From contig JAYZQJ010000178.1 in NCBI GenBank assembly GCA_036149055.1, forward strand, positions 1 through 64,000: a stretch of DNA of 64,000 nt. Direction: 5' to 3'. Shown one piece after another: positions 43,974 to 52,269 of this stretch. Under the pieces are notes generated by a model. That model had not been told where the DNA came from and ran no database searches. It saw only the letters and a list, made by a program, of their open reading frames with translations. A program made the position numbers and the translations under genes. This stretch comes from Myxococcota bacterium (GTDB lineage Bacteria > Myxococcota_A > Polyangia > Polyangiales > Sandaracinaceae). Within the stretch, counting starts at the first letter, position 1. Each line of letters begins with the position of its first letter.

Positions 43974-45584
43974 TCAAAGCGGTCGTCCAGAGAGCGAGAA
44001 CTCGCTCTCCGAGTAACCGCGCACCATGACGTGCACTGGAGCGTCCGAGGCGAGCGTGACCTCACAGGTCTCGTTCGCGTCGGAGCGGTAGGGCCGACAG
44101 TCGTAGGCGCGCGTGGTGGGCGCGCTGCCGATCCGCACGTAGAGATCGGCGTCTCCGCTGCCGGAGAGCTGGAAGTTGTAAGTCCCTGCGGACAAGGTGG
44201 GGGTCTCGTAGCGGACTTCCTGCCCGCGGTCCAGGGCACCGCCCTCGGTGAGACCCGCCCAGCCGGGCGTCGGGTCGCCGCCGCCGCCGGGGGTGTAGGT
44301 GTTGTCCTGCTCGCCGCTGACGATGACGACCTGCGAGCTGTCCACGTCAGCGAAGATCTGCTCGTAGGTCCGCGGCTCGTCGTAGCTGAGGAGGCCGTTC
44401 ACCAGCGCCATGGTAGCGCGGGGCATCGAGCGGAAGTAGCTCGGCAGCGCGTTCATCACGATGTCGAGGTACTTCGTCCCCGTCTCGTCATCCGGGTTCA
44501 CCTCGGCGTGGGCGTCCCAGAGCGCGCTGTCGACGTAGGCGTAGGTGTCACAGCCGTTCATGAAGACGATGGCGTACTGGCCCTGGACCCAGCGGCCCTT
44601 CTGGGCGAGGGCGCGGATGTTGGCGCCGAGGCCGGCGTGGCCGTTGTAGATGATGAGGTCGGCGTCGCTGCTCAGCTCGGCGTAGCGCGCGTCGAAGTCG
44701 CGGCCGGCGGTGCGCACGTTGTCGACCAGGATGGCCACCACCTCGACGGTCCGGCCGTCGGCCAGCGTCGCGCGGTAGGTCACCTCGGGCAGCTCGATGC
44801 CGGGGTTCGACGGAACCTCGGCCGGCGTCGTCTCGAGCTCGTGCGCGCCGAGGGTGCGACCGATCTCCTGGAGGAAGCGGTTGTAGGCGGCGATGCCCGC
44901 GTCGCTCGAGGTCGTGGCGCCGTCCTCGTACTTGCCGAAGACCGCGACCACCTGGAGGGCGTCGTCCTCCCAGACCCGGTCGTACTCGGGGAAGCGGCCG
45001 GTGGTGTTGATCTCGCTCAGCGCCACGTCGGCGACGGCCGGCGCGATGTCGCCCGCCGCGAGCTCGCAGCTCGAGCGGTCGGGCCGGTAGTAGTACCACA
45101 TCGATCCGCTGGTCACGTCGTGGGCGCCCCAGTCGACGCAGTCGTGCCCGTAGCGCTCGGCGAAGCGGTTCAGCCCCTCGTAGCTCACGTCGCGCGGGAG
45201 CTGGAAGGTGAACTCGGTGGGCACCGCGCTCCGGCGGCCCCAGGCCACCGGGATCGTCGCCGTGTAGCGGACCCGGGTCATCTCCCCGTCGCGCGAGGTC
45301 TCGACGTCGCTCAGCGCCACCCGGTCGAGGCGGCTGACGCCGCGCACGCCGTTGAGCTGCCCGATCGTGTACAGCAGCTGATCCTCGATCTGGCCCTCGA
45401 CGTTCCAGCTGCGGTCGGTGACCAGCTCGCCGTCGAAGGTGAAGTCCAGGAACACCGCCTCGGCGCTCGAGTCGGCCTTGCCCGGGTCGACCTTGGTGAA
45501 GGGGAGGTCCTCGGCGGCGGGCATGGCGGGGGAGGCGCAGCCGGCGAGGCCGAGCAGGAGGGAGGCGGTGAGGAGGCGTCGCAT
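43974..45584 (-). CDS. Lipoprotein with putative His-Cys (clan CD-like) peptidase domain and C-terminal PPC domain
   Basis: Lipobox LAGC; PGKADS; YNGHAGLG...FMNGCDTY; PPC motif GSGDADLYVRIGSAPT...YDCRPY...NETC. Confidence 0.7.
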   Translation of the reverse strand: MRRLLTASLLLGLAGCASPAMPAAEDLPFTKVDPGKADSSAEAVFLDFTFDGELVTDRSWNVEGQIEDQLLYTIGQLNGVRGVSRLDRVALSDVETSRDGEMTRVRYTATIPVAWGRRSAVPTEFTFQLPRDVSYEGLNRFAERYGHDCVDWGAHDVTSGSMWYYYRPDRSSCELAAGDIAPAVADVALSEINTTGRFPEYDRVWEDDALQVVAVFGKYEDGATTSSDAGIAAYNRFLQEIGRTLGAHELETTPAEVPSNPGIELPEVTYRATLADGRTVEVVAILVDNVRTAGRDFDARYAELSSDADLIIYNGHAGLGANIRALAQKGRWVQGQYAIVFMNGCDTYAYVDSALWDAHAEVNPDDETGTKYLDIVMNALPSYFRSMPRATMALVNGLLSYDEPRTYEQIFADVDSSQVVIVSGEQDNTYTPGGGGDPTPGWAGLTEGGALDRGQEVRYETPTLSAGTYNFQLSGSGDADLYVRIGSAPTTRAYDCRPYRSDANETCEVTLASDAPVHVMVRGYSESEFSLSGRPL

Positions 45585-45597
45585 GAAGGGGCTGCAT

Positions 45598-45613
45598 CGC
45601 ATCGGCCGTGCCA
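45598..45613 (-). promoter_or_regulatory. Putative sigma-54 promoter
   Basis: Minus strand TGGCACGGCCGATGCG (GG-N10-GC), 14 nt upstream of the 45584 ATG. Confidence 0.55.
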
Positions 45614-45731
45614 GACGCGTCGGGAGCGCGATCGGGCGAGCCTGCGCCGAGATCGACCACCGGAGGCGCCGCTCACGCGGGACGAGCGGCAAGCCGGCTG
45701 GCCACCGCGAAATGCGTATACTCGCCGGTTC

Positions 45732-46466
45732 ATGCGCGCCCTCGCGTCGATCCTGATCCTCTCGCTCTGGGCGTCGGGCGCCTTCGCGCAGCTGCCCGAG
45801 CCGCCGGCGAGCCCGAGCGAGACCGAGGTCTCCGGCGGTCGCGCCGCGTTCCTCGAGGGGATCGGTCACGCTCGCGCCGAGCGCTGGGAGGCGGCGAGGG
45901 AGGCCTTCGAGCGCTCCTACACGCTGAGCGGCAGCCCGATCGCCCTCTTCAACCTCGCCAGCACCGACGCCGAGCTCGGCCGCCACCGGCGCGCGCTCGA
46001 GGCCTTCGACCGATTGCTGACCGATCCCGAGCTCGACGCCGAGACCCGCGCCCGGGCCGAGACCCTGCGCCGGAGATCGGCGGCCCGGGTCGGCGCCATC
46101 ACCATCCGCGGAGTCCCCGCTGGAGACGCGCGAGTCACCGAAGACGGCCGGCTCCGCGCGATCACCGACGAGCGACCGATCGAGCTCATCCTCGATCCGG
46201 GGCCCCACGTGCTCGCGGTGGGGTTGCCGGACGTCGAGCCCTGGACCTGGAGCGGCGACGTCGCGCCGGGCGCGCTGTTGGACCTGGACGCGACCCTCGA
46301 GAATCCGTCCCCGCCGACCCCGGTGGTCGAGCCTGGCGACGACCCGCTCCCCTGGATCCTGATCGGCGTCGGCGCCGCCGTGCTCACCGGCGCCGTCGTC
46401 ACCGGTCTCATCCTCGATCAGGAGGCCCAGCTCTCCCCCCGCACCGACCTGGTGATCGACCTGTGA
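45732..46466 (+). CDS. TPR + PEGA-like membrane-anchored protein
   Basis: Signal peptide, TPR (AREAFERSY...ALFNLA), beta domain LDPGPHVL, C-terminal TM. Confidence 0.75.
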   Translation: MRALASILILSLWASGAFAQLPEPPASPSETEVSGGRAAFLEGIGHARAERWEAAREAFERSYTLSGSPIALFNLASTDAELGRHRRALEAFDRLLTDPELDAETRARAETLRRRSAARVGAITIRGVPAGDARVTEDGRLRAITDERPIELILDPGPHVLAVGLPDVEPWTWSGDVAPGALLDLDATLENPSPPTPVVEPGDDPLPWILIGVGAAVLTGAVVTGLILDQEAQLSPRTDLVIDL

Positions 46467-47077
46467 TGGGACGGAGTTTCCTTGTTTCCGAGCGCGCGTG
46501 GTTTCCGCTCGGCGGTCGAGGCCCCGGCGCCCCGGGACGGAGTTTCTTCGTTTCCCAGTGCGCGCTCCTGGCCGCCCTCGCGCTCAGCGGCTGCGCGCGC
46601 AACGCCATCTTCGAGCTGGAGCTCGACCTCCCCGCGCAGCCCGCCGGCCCCGCGCTCTACGCCGTCGTCCAGGCGCGCCCGGTCGGCGGCGCGGACTGGG
46701 ACACCCTCGACGCGCTCCCGGGCGTGCCCCTCTGCGCGCGCGCCAGCGAGGGCCCCTGCGACGACCGGGTGCTCGACCCCGCCTGCGCGGCCGTCCTCAG
46801 CGTCGTAGCCGACGAGTCGGAGCTCGACGTCCCCCTCGAGGTCCGCGTCCGCTACTGCGAAGACCCGAGCTGCGCCACGGACCCCGCCGCGCCCGAGCAT
46901 CTGATCGACGTAGAGCGCCCCTTCTATCGAGGCCGATACACCCAGGCCCGCGTCTGCCTCGACGACGTCGCCCCCGGCCGGGAGACCCTCGAGCGCTGCG
47001 AAGTCCGCTGCCGCGAAGGCACCGTCTCCAGCTACTGCCGCCTCGACGGCACCCACTTCTGCGAGCCCCCGAACTAG
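46466..47077 (+). CDS. Cys-containing lipoprotein whose signal peptide carries two in-frame repeat copies
   Basis: TGATG coupling to the upstream gene; MGRSFLVS...PGRSFFVSQCALLAALALSGC. Confidence 0.7.
   Translation: MGRSFLVSERAWFPLGGRGPGAPGRSFFVSQCALLAALALSGCARNAIFELELDLPAQPAGPALYAVVQARPVGGADWDTLDALPGVPLCARASEGPCDDRVLDPACAAVLSVVADESELDVPLEVRVRYCEDPSCATDPAAPEHLIDVERPFYRGRYTQARVCLDDVAPGRETLERCEVRCREGTVSSYCRLDGTHFCEPPN
46468..46555 (+). repeat. Two degenerate type-A repeats (GGGACGGAGTTTCYTYGTTTCC), 66 bp apart, inside a CDS
   Basis: 46468-46489 gggacggagtttccttgtttcc; 46534-46555 gggacggagtttcttcgtttcc. Confidence 0.8.
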
Positions 47078-47082
47078 GACGG

Positions 47083-47172
47083 GGGGACGGAGTTCACTTG
47101 TGAACCTACGTACGACAAACGCCTACGCGTAGGGCTTTGACCTACCTAAGGTAACAAGTTCACTCCGTCCCC
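47083..47172. repeat. Palindromic REP/MITE-like element, type B
   Basis: Left arm GGGGACGGAGTTCACTTGTGAAC identical to 31090; right arm ACAAGTTCACTCCGTCCCC; between convergent genes. Confidence 0.8.
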
Positions 47173-47188
47173 GGGTCCCCGAACGGGG

Positions 47189-48907
47189 TTACGGGGCGTG
47201 GCGGTCGAAGGCGTCGACGCCCATGAGCTCGGGGCCGGACGGCGGCTCTTGGCGCGGCGCCCTGCGGGGTCTCGGGCGGCGTCGCCGAGGCGGGGCGGGC
47301 GCTTCGGTCTCCTCCTCCACCTCCGGCTCCGGCGGCTCGATGATCTCGACCCGCGGAGGCGTCTCGGGCTCGAGCCGCTCGGGGGCGACGGGCTCGGGGG
47401 CGTCGTGGGGCTCGAGGGGGAGCGGGACCCGGGCGGGCTCCTCCGGCCAGAACACCCAGACGGCGATCGTGCCGCTCACCAGGGCCACCCCCGCGAGCAC
47501 GCCGATCACCATCCACGTCCACGCGGCGCTCGCGCTCACCACCACCGGCGCCGGGGCCGCGGGCGGCTGCTTCTCGACCTTCTCGTACGGTCGCGTCGGC
47601 TCACCCGGCGGCGGCAGCTTCCGCACCTTGTCGTTCACCGTCGGCGGGCCGTCCTCCATGCGCGCTCGCGTCGGCGGCGGCGCCTTGGGCGGCCTCCTCC
47701 GCAGGTCCCGCGTCGGCGGCGCGAATTCGCCCTCCTGCATGAGCAGCACGTCGGTCGGGACCTCGCCGTCGAGCGCGCCGGCCTGCGTGTCGTCCTCCGG
47801 CGGCAGGGTCACGGTCGGCACCTTGGGCAGCTCCTCCTCGAGCCGCTCGGTCGGTCGCCGGATCTGCGCGACCCCCGAGGCTGCGATCCCGGACACCTGG
47901 GTGACCCCCGGGCGCACCTTCTCGATCGCCTCCGGGTCCGCGCCCTCGGTGCCCAGCCGGATCAGCCGCTGCAGCCGCTCCAGCTCCTCGCCGCCCGCCT
48001 GCCGCACGAACGCGCCGATCGCCTTCCGGTCCGGCAGCCGCCCGTAGGCCTCGCGCCCCACGCGCCGCAGGTCCTCGGCGAGCTCGGCCGCGCTCTGGTA
48101 GCGGTGGTCGCGGTGCCGATCGAGCGCCTTGAGCACCACGTCGCTCACCGCCTCGGGCACCCCCTCCGGCGGCGGCACGACCTTGTTCCGCACGTTCCGG
48201 ATGATCTGCGTCGGGTCGCGGTCGGCGAAGAGCCGCCGCCCCATCAGCTCCTCCCACACCACGATGCCGAGCGAGAAGACGTCCGACCTCCGATCGAGCG
48301 GAAGCAGCCGCGTCTGCTCTGGAGACATGTACGCGAACTTGCCCTTGAGCTCCTTCACGTTGGTCTCGGCCCGCGGCCGGTGCACCGCCCGCGCGATCCC
48401 GAAGTCGGTCACCCGGGCCCGGCCGTCCAGCCCGACCAGGATGTTGTGCGGCGACACGTCGCGGTGGATGAGCCCCAGCGGATCTCCGGCCGGGGTGGTC
48501 GCCTCGTGCGCGTCGTCCACGCCCTGCGCCGCCTGCGCCATCAGCTCCAGCGCGATCGGCGGCGGCAGCGGCCCCCCGAGCAGCTCCTCCAGCTGCGCGA
48601 GCGAGACCCCCACCACCAGCTCCATCACGATGTAGAGCGCGCCGTCCTCGCTCCGGCCGAGGTCGAGGGTCTGCACCACGTAGGGCGACGCGATGTTGGC
48701 CGCGAGCCGCGCCTCGTTGAGGAACATGTCCACGAAGCCCGCGTCCGAGGCCATGTGCGGGTGCATGCGCTTGACCGCGACGAGCTTCTGGAACCCCGCC
48801 TCGCCCCGGATGCGCGCCGCGTACACCTCGGCCATGCCGCCGGAGGCGATGCGGAAGAGCGGCTCGTAGCGGCCGAACGACAGGACTTCGCGGAGGGAGA
48901 CCGCCAT
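47189..48907 (-). CDS. Membrane-anchored Ser/Thr protein kinase (Hanks type)
   Basis: ASGGMAEVY, VAVKR, IHRDVSPHNIL, TDFGIA, GKFAYMSPEQ, SDVFSLG; TM near the C-terminus. Confidence 0.93.
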   Translation of the reverse strand: MAVSLREVLSFGRYEPLFRIASGGMAEVYAARIRGEAGFQKLVAVKRMHPHMASDAGFVDMFLNEARLAANIASPYVVQTLDLGRSEDGALYIVMELVVGVSLAQLEELLGGPLPPPIALELMAQAAQGVDDAHEATTPAGDPLGLIHRDVSPHNILVGLDGRARVTDFGIARAVHRPRAETNVKELKGKFAYMSPEQTRLLPLDRRSDVFSLGIVVWEELMGRRLFADRDPTQIIRNVRNKVVPPPEGVPEAVSDVVLKALDRHRDHRYQSAAELAEDLRRVGREAYGRLPDRKAIGAFVRQAGGEELERLQRLIRLGTEGADPEAIEKVRPGVTQVSGIAASGVAQIRRPTERLEEELPKVPTVTLPPEDDTQAGALDGEVPTDVLLMQEGEFAPPTRDLRRRPPKAPPPTRARMEDGPPTVNDKVRKLPPPGEPTRPYEKVEKQPPAAPAPVVVSASAAWTWMVIGVLAGVALVSGTIAVWVFWPEEPARVPLPLEPHDAPEPVAPERLEPETPPRVEIIEPPEPEVEEETEAPAPPRRRRPRPRRAPRQEPPSGPELMGVDAFDRHAP

Positions 48908-48926
48908 CGATCTCCCCGAACATAGC

Positions 48927-50135
48927 TCACCAGACCATCGGGACCGGAAGCTCGCTGTAGGGCCCCGGGTTCGCGAAGGGGCTCGCCAGCGCCCCGAGCA
49001 GCCCGTCGCGGTTGTCGCCCCAGCAGCACACGTTGCCTTCGGTCAGCAGCGCGCACGCCGCGTCCCGCTCGGCCGTCATCACCTGGCTGGCCGGCGCCAT
49101 GTACCCGCGGAGCCGGGGCTCGCTCAGCTCCCGCGCCATCCCCTCGTGGCTGCCCCAGCACCAGGCGCCGCCCTGGGCGTCGGCCGCGCAGGCGACGGTG
49201 TCGTTGAGCGACAGGCTGGTCGCCGGCGGCAGCCCCGCCACCTGGACCGGCGTCTCCACGTAGCCGAGCCCCTCCGGTCCGAGCGTGCCCATGCTCCCGT
49301 CGCCCCAGCACCAGACGCTCCCGTCCGCCAGGCGCGCGCAGGCGGCGGCGCGCCCGACCTCCACCGTGACCGCCGGACCGGGCAGGCCGTCCACGTGCAC
49401 CGGTCGCTCGGACCGCACGAGCGCGCCCCAGCAGCTCACCCCGCCGTCCATGCGGACCGCGCAGGTGCTGTCGTGCCCGGCGCCGACCCAGCTCGCGCGC
49501 AGGCCGCGGACCCTCGCGGGCGTGCGCGCCGTGTCTCGCCGCCCGTTGCCCACCTGCCCGGCCCCATTCGCACCCCAGCACCAGACTTGCCCGCGGTCGC
49601 TCACCGCGCAGTTGTGCTGACTCCCGACGCCGAGCTGAGCGACGCGACGAAGGTCGCCGACCTCGATCGGGGCCCGCGTCATGGTGCCCTGGGTCCGAGC
49701 GCCGATCTGCCCGATGGTGTTCCCGCCCCAGCAGACCACTCGCCCACTCCGGAGCAGCGCGCAGGAGTGCGAGCCGCCTGCGCCGACGGTCTCGGCGTCC
49801 GTGACATCCCGCACCTGCACCGGGGTGGCTCGCCGCGCGATGGTCCCGTCGCCGAGTTGAGAGGCGTAGTTCGATCCCCAGCAGCGCACCGTCCCGTTCC
49901 CGAGCACGACGCACGCGTGCGCGTAGCCCATCGTCAAGCTGCTCGTCGGCTGTCCGTCGGGCCCGGGCCCCTCGCACCGCGGCTCGGCCGGCGCCGGCTC
50001 GGGCGCTGGCGCCGGGGCGAGATCGTCCCGCACCCGCACCCGCATCACCACCTCGTCCGACGGCCGCTGCACGATCTCCGTCCGCGTCCCGCAGGCGGAC
50101 AGCAGCGCCACGACCCCGATCATCGCTCTCTTCAT
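48927..50135 (-). CDS. RCC1-repeat lipoprotein
   Basis: Lipobox LLSAC; repeated H.CA...G.V.CWG.N..GQ.G. Confidence 0.88.
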   Translation of the reverse strand: MKRAMIGVVALLSACGTRTEIVQRPSDEVVMRVRVRDDLAPAPAPEPAPAEPRCEGPGPDGQPTSSLTMGYAHACVVLGNGTVRCWGSNYASQLGDGTIARRATPVQVRDVTDAETVGAGGSHSCALLRSGRVVCWGGNTIGQIGARTQGTMTRAPIEVGDLRRVAQLGVGSQHNCAVSDRGQVWCWGANGAGQVGNGRRDTARTPARVRGLRASWVGAGHDSTCAVRMDGGVSCWGALVRSERPVHVDGLPGPAVTVEVGRAAACARLADGSVWCWGDGSMGTLGPEGLGYVETPVQVAGLPPATSLSLNDTVACAADAQGGAWCWGSHEGMARELSEPRLRGYMAPASQVMTAERDAACALLTEGNVCCWGDNRDGLLGALASPFANPGPYSELPVPMVW

Positions 50136-50146
50136 CACGCTCTCCA

Positions 50147-51331
50147 TCACCAGGGAAGCTGGTAGGGCTCGGGGACCTCGCGGGGCCGCTCGAGGCCGAC
50201 CTGGCCGTCGGTGTTGCTGCCCCAGCACCAGACGCGCTCGTCGTCGCGTGCGCACACGTGATGTTGCCCGACGGCGATCTCCCGGATCCCGGCGAGCGGC
50301 AGGAAGGTCGGGGTGGTCCGCGCGGCGCGCGTGCCGTCTCCGAGCTCGCCGGCGAGGTTGCTGCCCCAACACGCCACCGTCCCCTCCGCGGTGCGCGCGC
50401 AGTAGACGTTGCTGCCGGCCTGCACCTGCGCGGGATCTTCGATCCCGTCGACGCGGCGCAGGGCGAGCACCGGGTGCCTCGACTGCATGCGGCGCTGCCG
50501 GCCGTTCTCGCTCACGAACACCCGCCCCCGCCGGTCCACGATCAGGACCTCGTCCTGGTTCTCCGTCTTCATGGCCAGCATCGCCGCGTTCTCGATGCCG
50601 GGCAGGCGAAAGGTCGGGCTCTCGGCGCGCTCGGTGCGGTAGTAGTTGTGGGGCAGGCCCCAGCACCGCAGCTCACCCCCCTGCAGGAGCGCGCAGCCGC
50701 GCTGCATGTTCCAGACGATCTCGACCGGCGCGTCGACCGGAACGCGCTGCGGCGTCCGCCAGCGGGGTCCGTAGGGGTGGCGGATGTCGCCCCAGCAGAA
50801 GGTGCGGCCTCCGTCGTCGACGAGGCAACCGCGCCGGAAGTTGAGCGCCATCTGGCGAACGTCGGCGTACGCGAGCTGCCGCGGGCCCTCGGTGCCGTCC
50901 TCGGGCAGGCCGGTGTCGCCCCAGCACCAGACCCGGCCGTCCTCGGCGGCCCGCGCGCAGGTCTGGTCGGCGCCCGCCCAGACCGCGTCCATGCGGGGCA
51001 GCCCGGGGACCCGGCCGGGGACCCAGGTGCGCTCGTCGCCCACGTCGCCGAGCTGCCCGCGCGAATTCGAGCCCCAGCAGTAGACGCCGCCGTCTTCGGT
51101 GAGCGCGCAGCTGTGGTGCCAGCCGGCGGCGAGCATGCGCGGCGGAGGGATCTGCGGCGGCGGGGGAGGCGGCGCGGCGGGCGGCGGTCCGCACCGCGCC
51201 CCCTGGCAAGGCACGTGGATGACGACGTCGGCCTCGGTCGGCGGCGCCTGGACGTACGCCGTCCGCGAGCCGCAGCCGACCGAGGCCACCCAGATCAGAG
51301 CGCGTAGTAGTCTTTGCACGGTCCGCCTCAT
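50147..51331 (-). CDS. RCC1-repeat lipoprotein
   Basis: Lipobox SVGC; AGWHHSCAL..GGVYCWGSNSRGQLG repeats. Confidence 0.85.
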   Translation of the reverse strand: MRRTVQRLLRALIWVASVGCGSRTAYVQAPPTEADVVIHVPCQGARCGPPPAAPPPPPPQIPPPRMLAAGWHHSCALTEDGGVYCWGSNSRGQLGDVGDERTWVPGRVPGLPRMDAVWAGADQTCARAAEDGRVWCWGDTGLPEDGTEGPRQLAYADVRQMALNFRRGCLVDDGGRTFCWGDIRHPYGPRWRTPQRVPVDAPVEIVWNMQRGCALLQGGELRCWGLPHNYYRTERAESPTFRLPGIENAAMLAMKTENQDEVLIVDRRGRVFVSENGRQRRMQSRHPVLALRRVDGIEDPAQVQAGSNVYCARTAEGTVACWGSNLAGELGDGTRAARTTPTFLPLAGIREIAVGQHHVCARDDERVWCWGSNTDGQVGLERPREVPEPYQLPW

Positions 51332-51354
51332 CGTAGCGAGCCGGCGACGGTTTC

Positions 51355-52041
51355 CTACGAATCCCAGATCGCGCGGCGATAGCCCCTGGGCGCGATGCGC
51401 GGGCGGGCGTCGCCGAGGCGCAGGCGCTCGCGGTAGGTGATGGCCAGGTTGACCACCGCCTTGGACTCGGCCCGCAGCGTCGCCTCCCAGGCCTCGATCC
51501 GGCTCCGGAACACGAGCACGCAGGTGAGGGCGGCCGCGGCGACGAAGAGCCCGAACCAGGTGCAGGTGAGGCCCTCGCTGATCTGCTTCGCGAGGATCAC
51601 CGCCCTCGAGCGCGCGTCGACCGGGACGCAGCCGAACGGGACGAACACGGAGGTCACCGTGCCGAGCAGGCCGAACAGGGTGGCCAGGTTGGCGAGCACC
51701 GCGAACCCGCCGGCCCGGGCCCAGAGCCTCGGGACCTCGACGAGGAGCGCCACCTCCCGCGCCGCCTCCAGCCGCGCGGGCGTCGTCAGCGCCTCGAGCA
51801 GGATGCGCTGCGCCGCCCGCGCCACCGCCCCGGGCGCCGCCCCCGAGAGCGCGATCGCGCCGCCGAGATCGCCGTCTCGGAGGTGGGCCTCCAGCGCCGA
51901 CACCAGCTTGGTCGCCGGCCCCCGCGCCCGCGCCAGCGCGATCGCCCGATCGATCGCGATCGCCGCCACCCCGAAGAGGCACGCGGCGATCACCCCCATG
52001 ATCCAGCCGCCCTCCTCGAGGTGATACCGCAGGGTCTCCAC
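51355..52041 (-). CDS. MotA/TolQ/ExbB proton-channel family protein (divergent)
   Basis: GGWIMGVI TM1, ANLATLFGLLGTV, ISEGLTCTWFGL. Confidence 0.8.
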   Translation of the reverse strand: METLRYHLEEGGWIMGVIAACLFGVAAIAIDRAIALARARGPATKLVSALEAHLRDGDLGGAIALSGAAPGAVARAAQRILLEALTTPARLEAAREVALLVEVPRLWARAGGFAVLANLATLFGLLGTVTSVFVPFGCVPVDARSRAVILAKQISEGLTCTWFGLFVAAAALTCVLVFRSRIEAWEATLRAESKAVVNLAITYRERLRLGDARPRIAPRGYRRAIWDS

Positions 52042-52269
52042 GCGGGAGCGACGTCCCCCGCTCGGAGAAGTTCCGCGCTCCTCGCAACCGGGCTCGGCTC
52101 GCGGCGATGTCGGCCTCCGAGGAGGTGCTCGAGTGAGCCGCAGCGAGCTCTCCCGGGCCGGCACGTCCGCCGAGTGGATGACGGACGGATCGGCCGGCGA
52201 GCTCCGCAACCGCTACAATCGCATGATCGACCCGTACAACCGTCGATGACCGTCAGCCCGCGACGTCCC

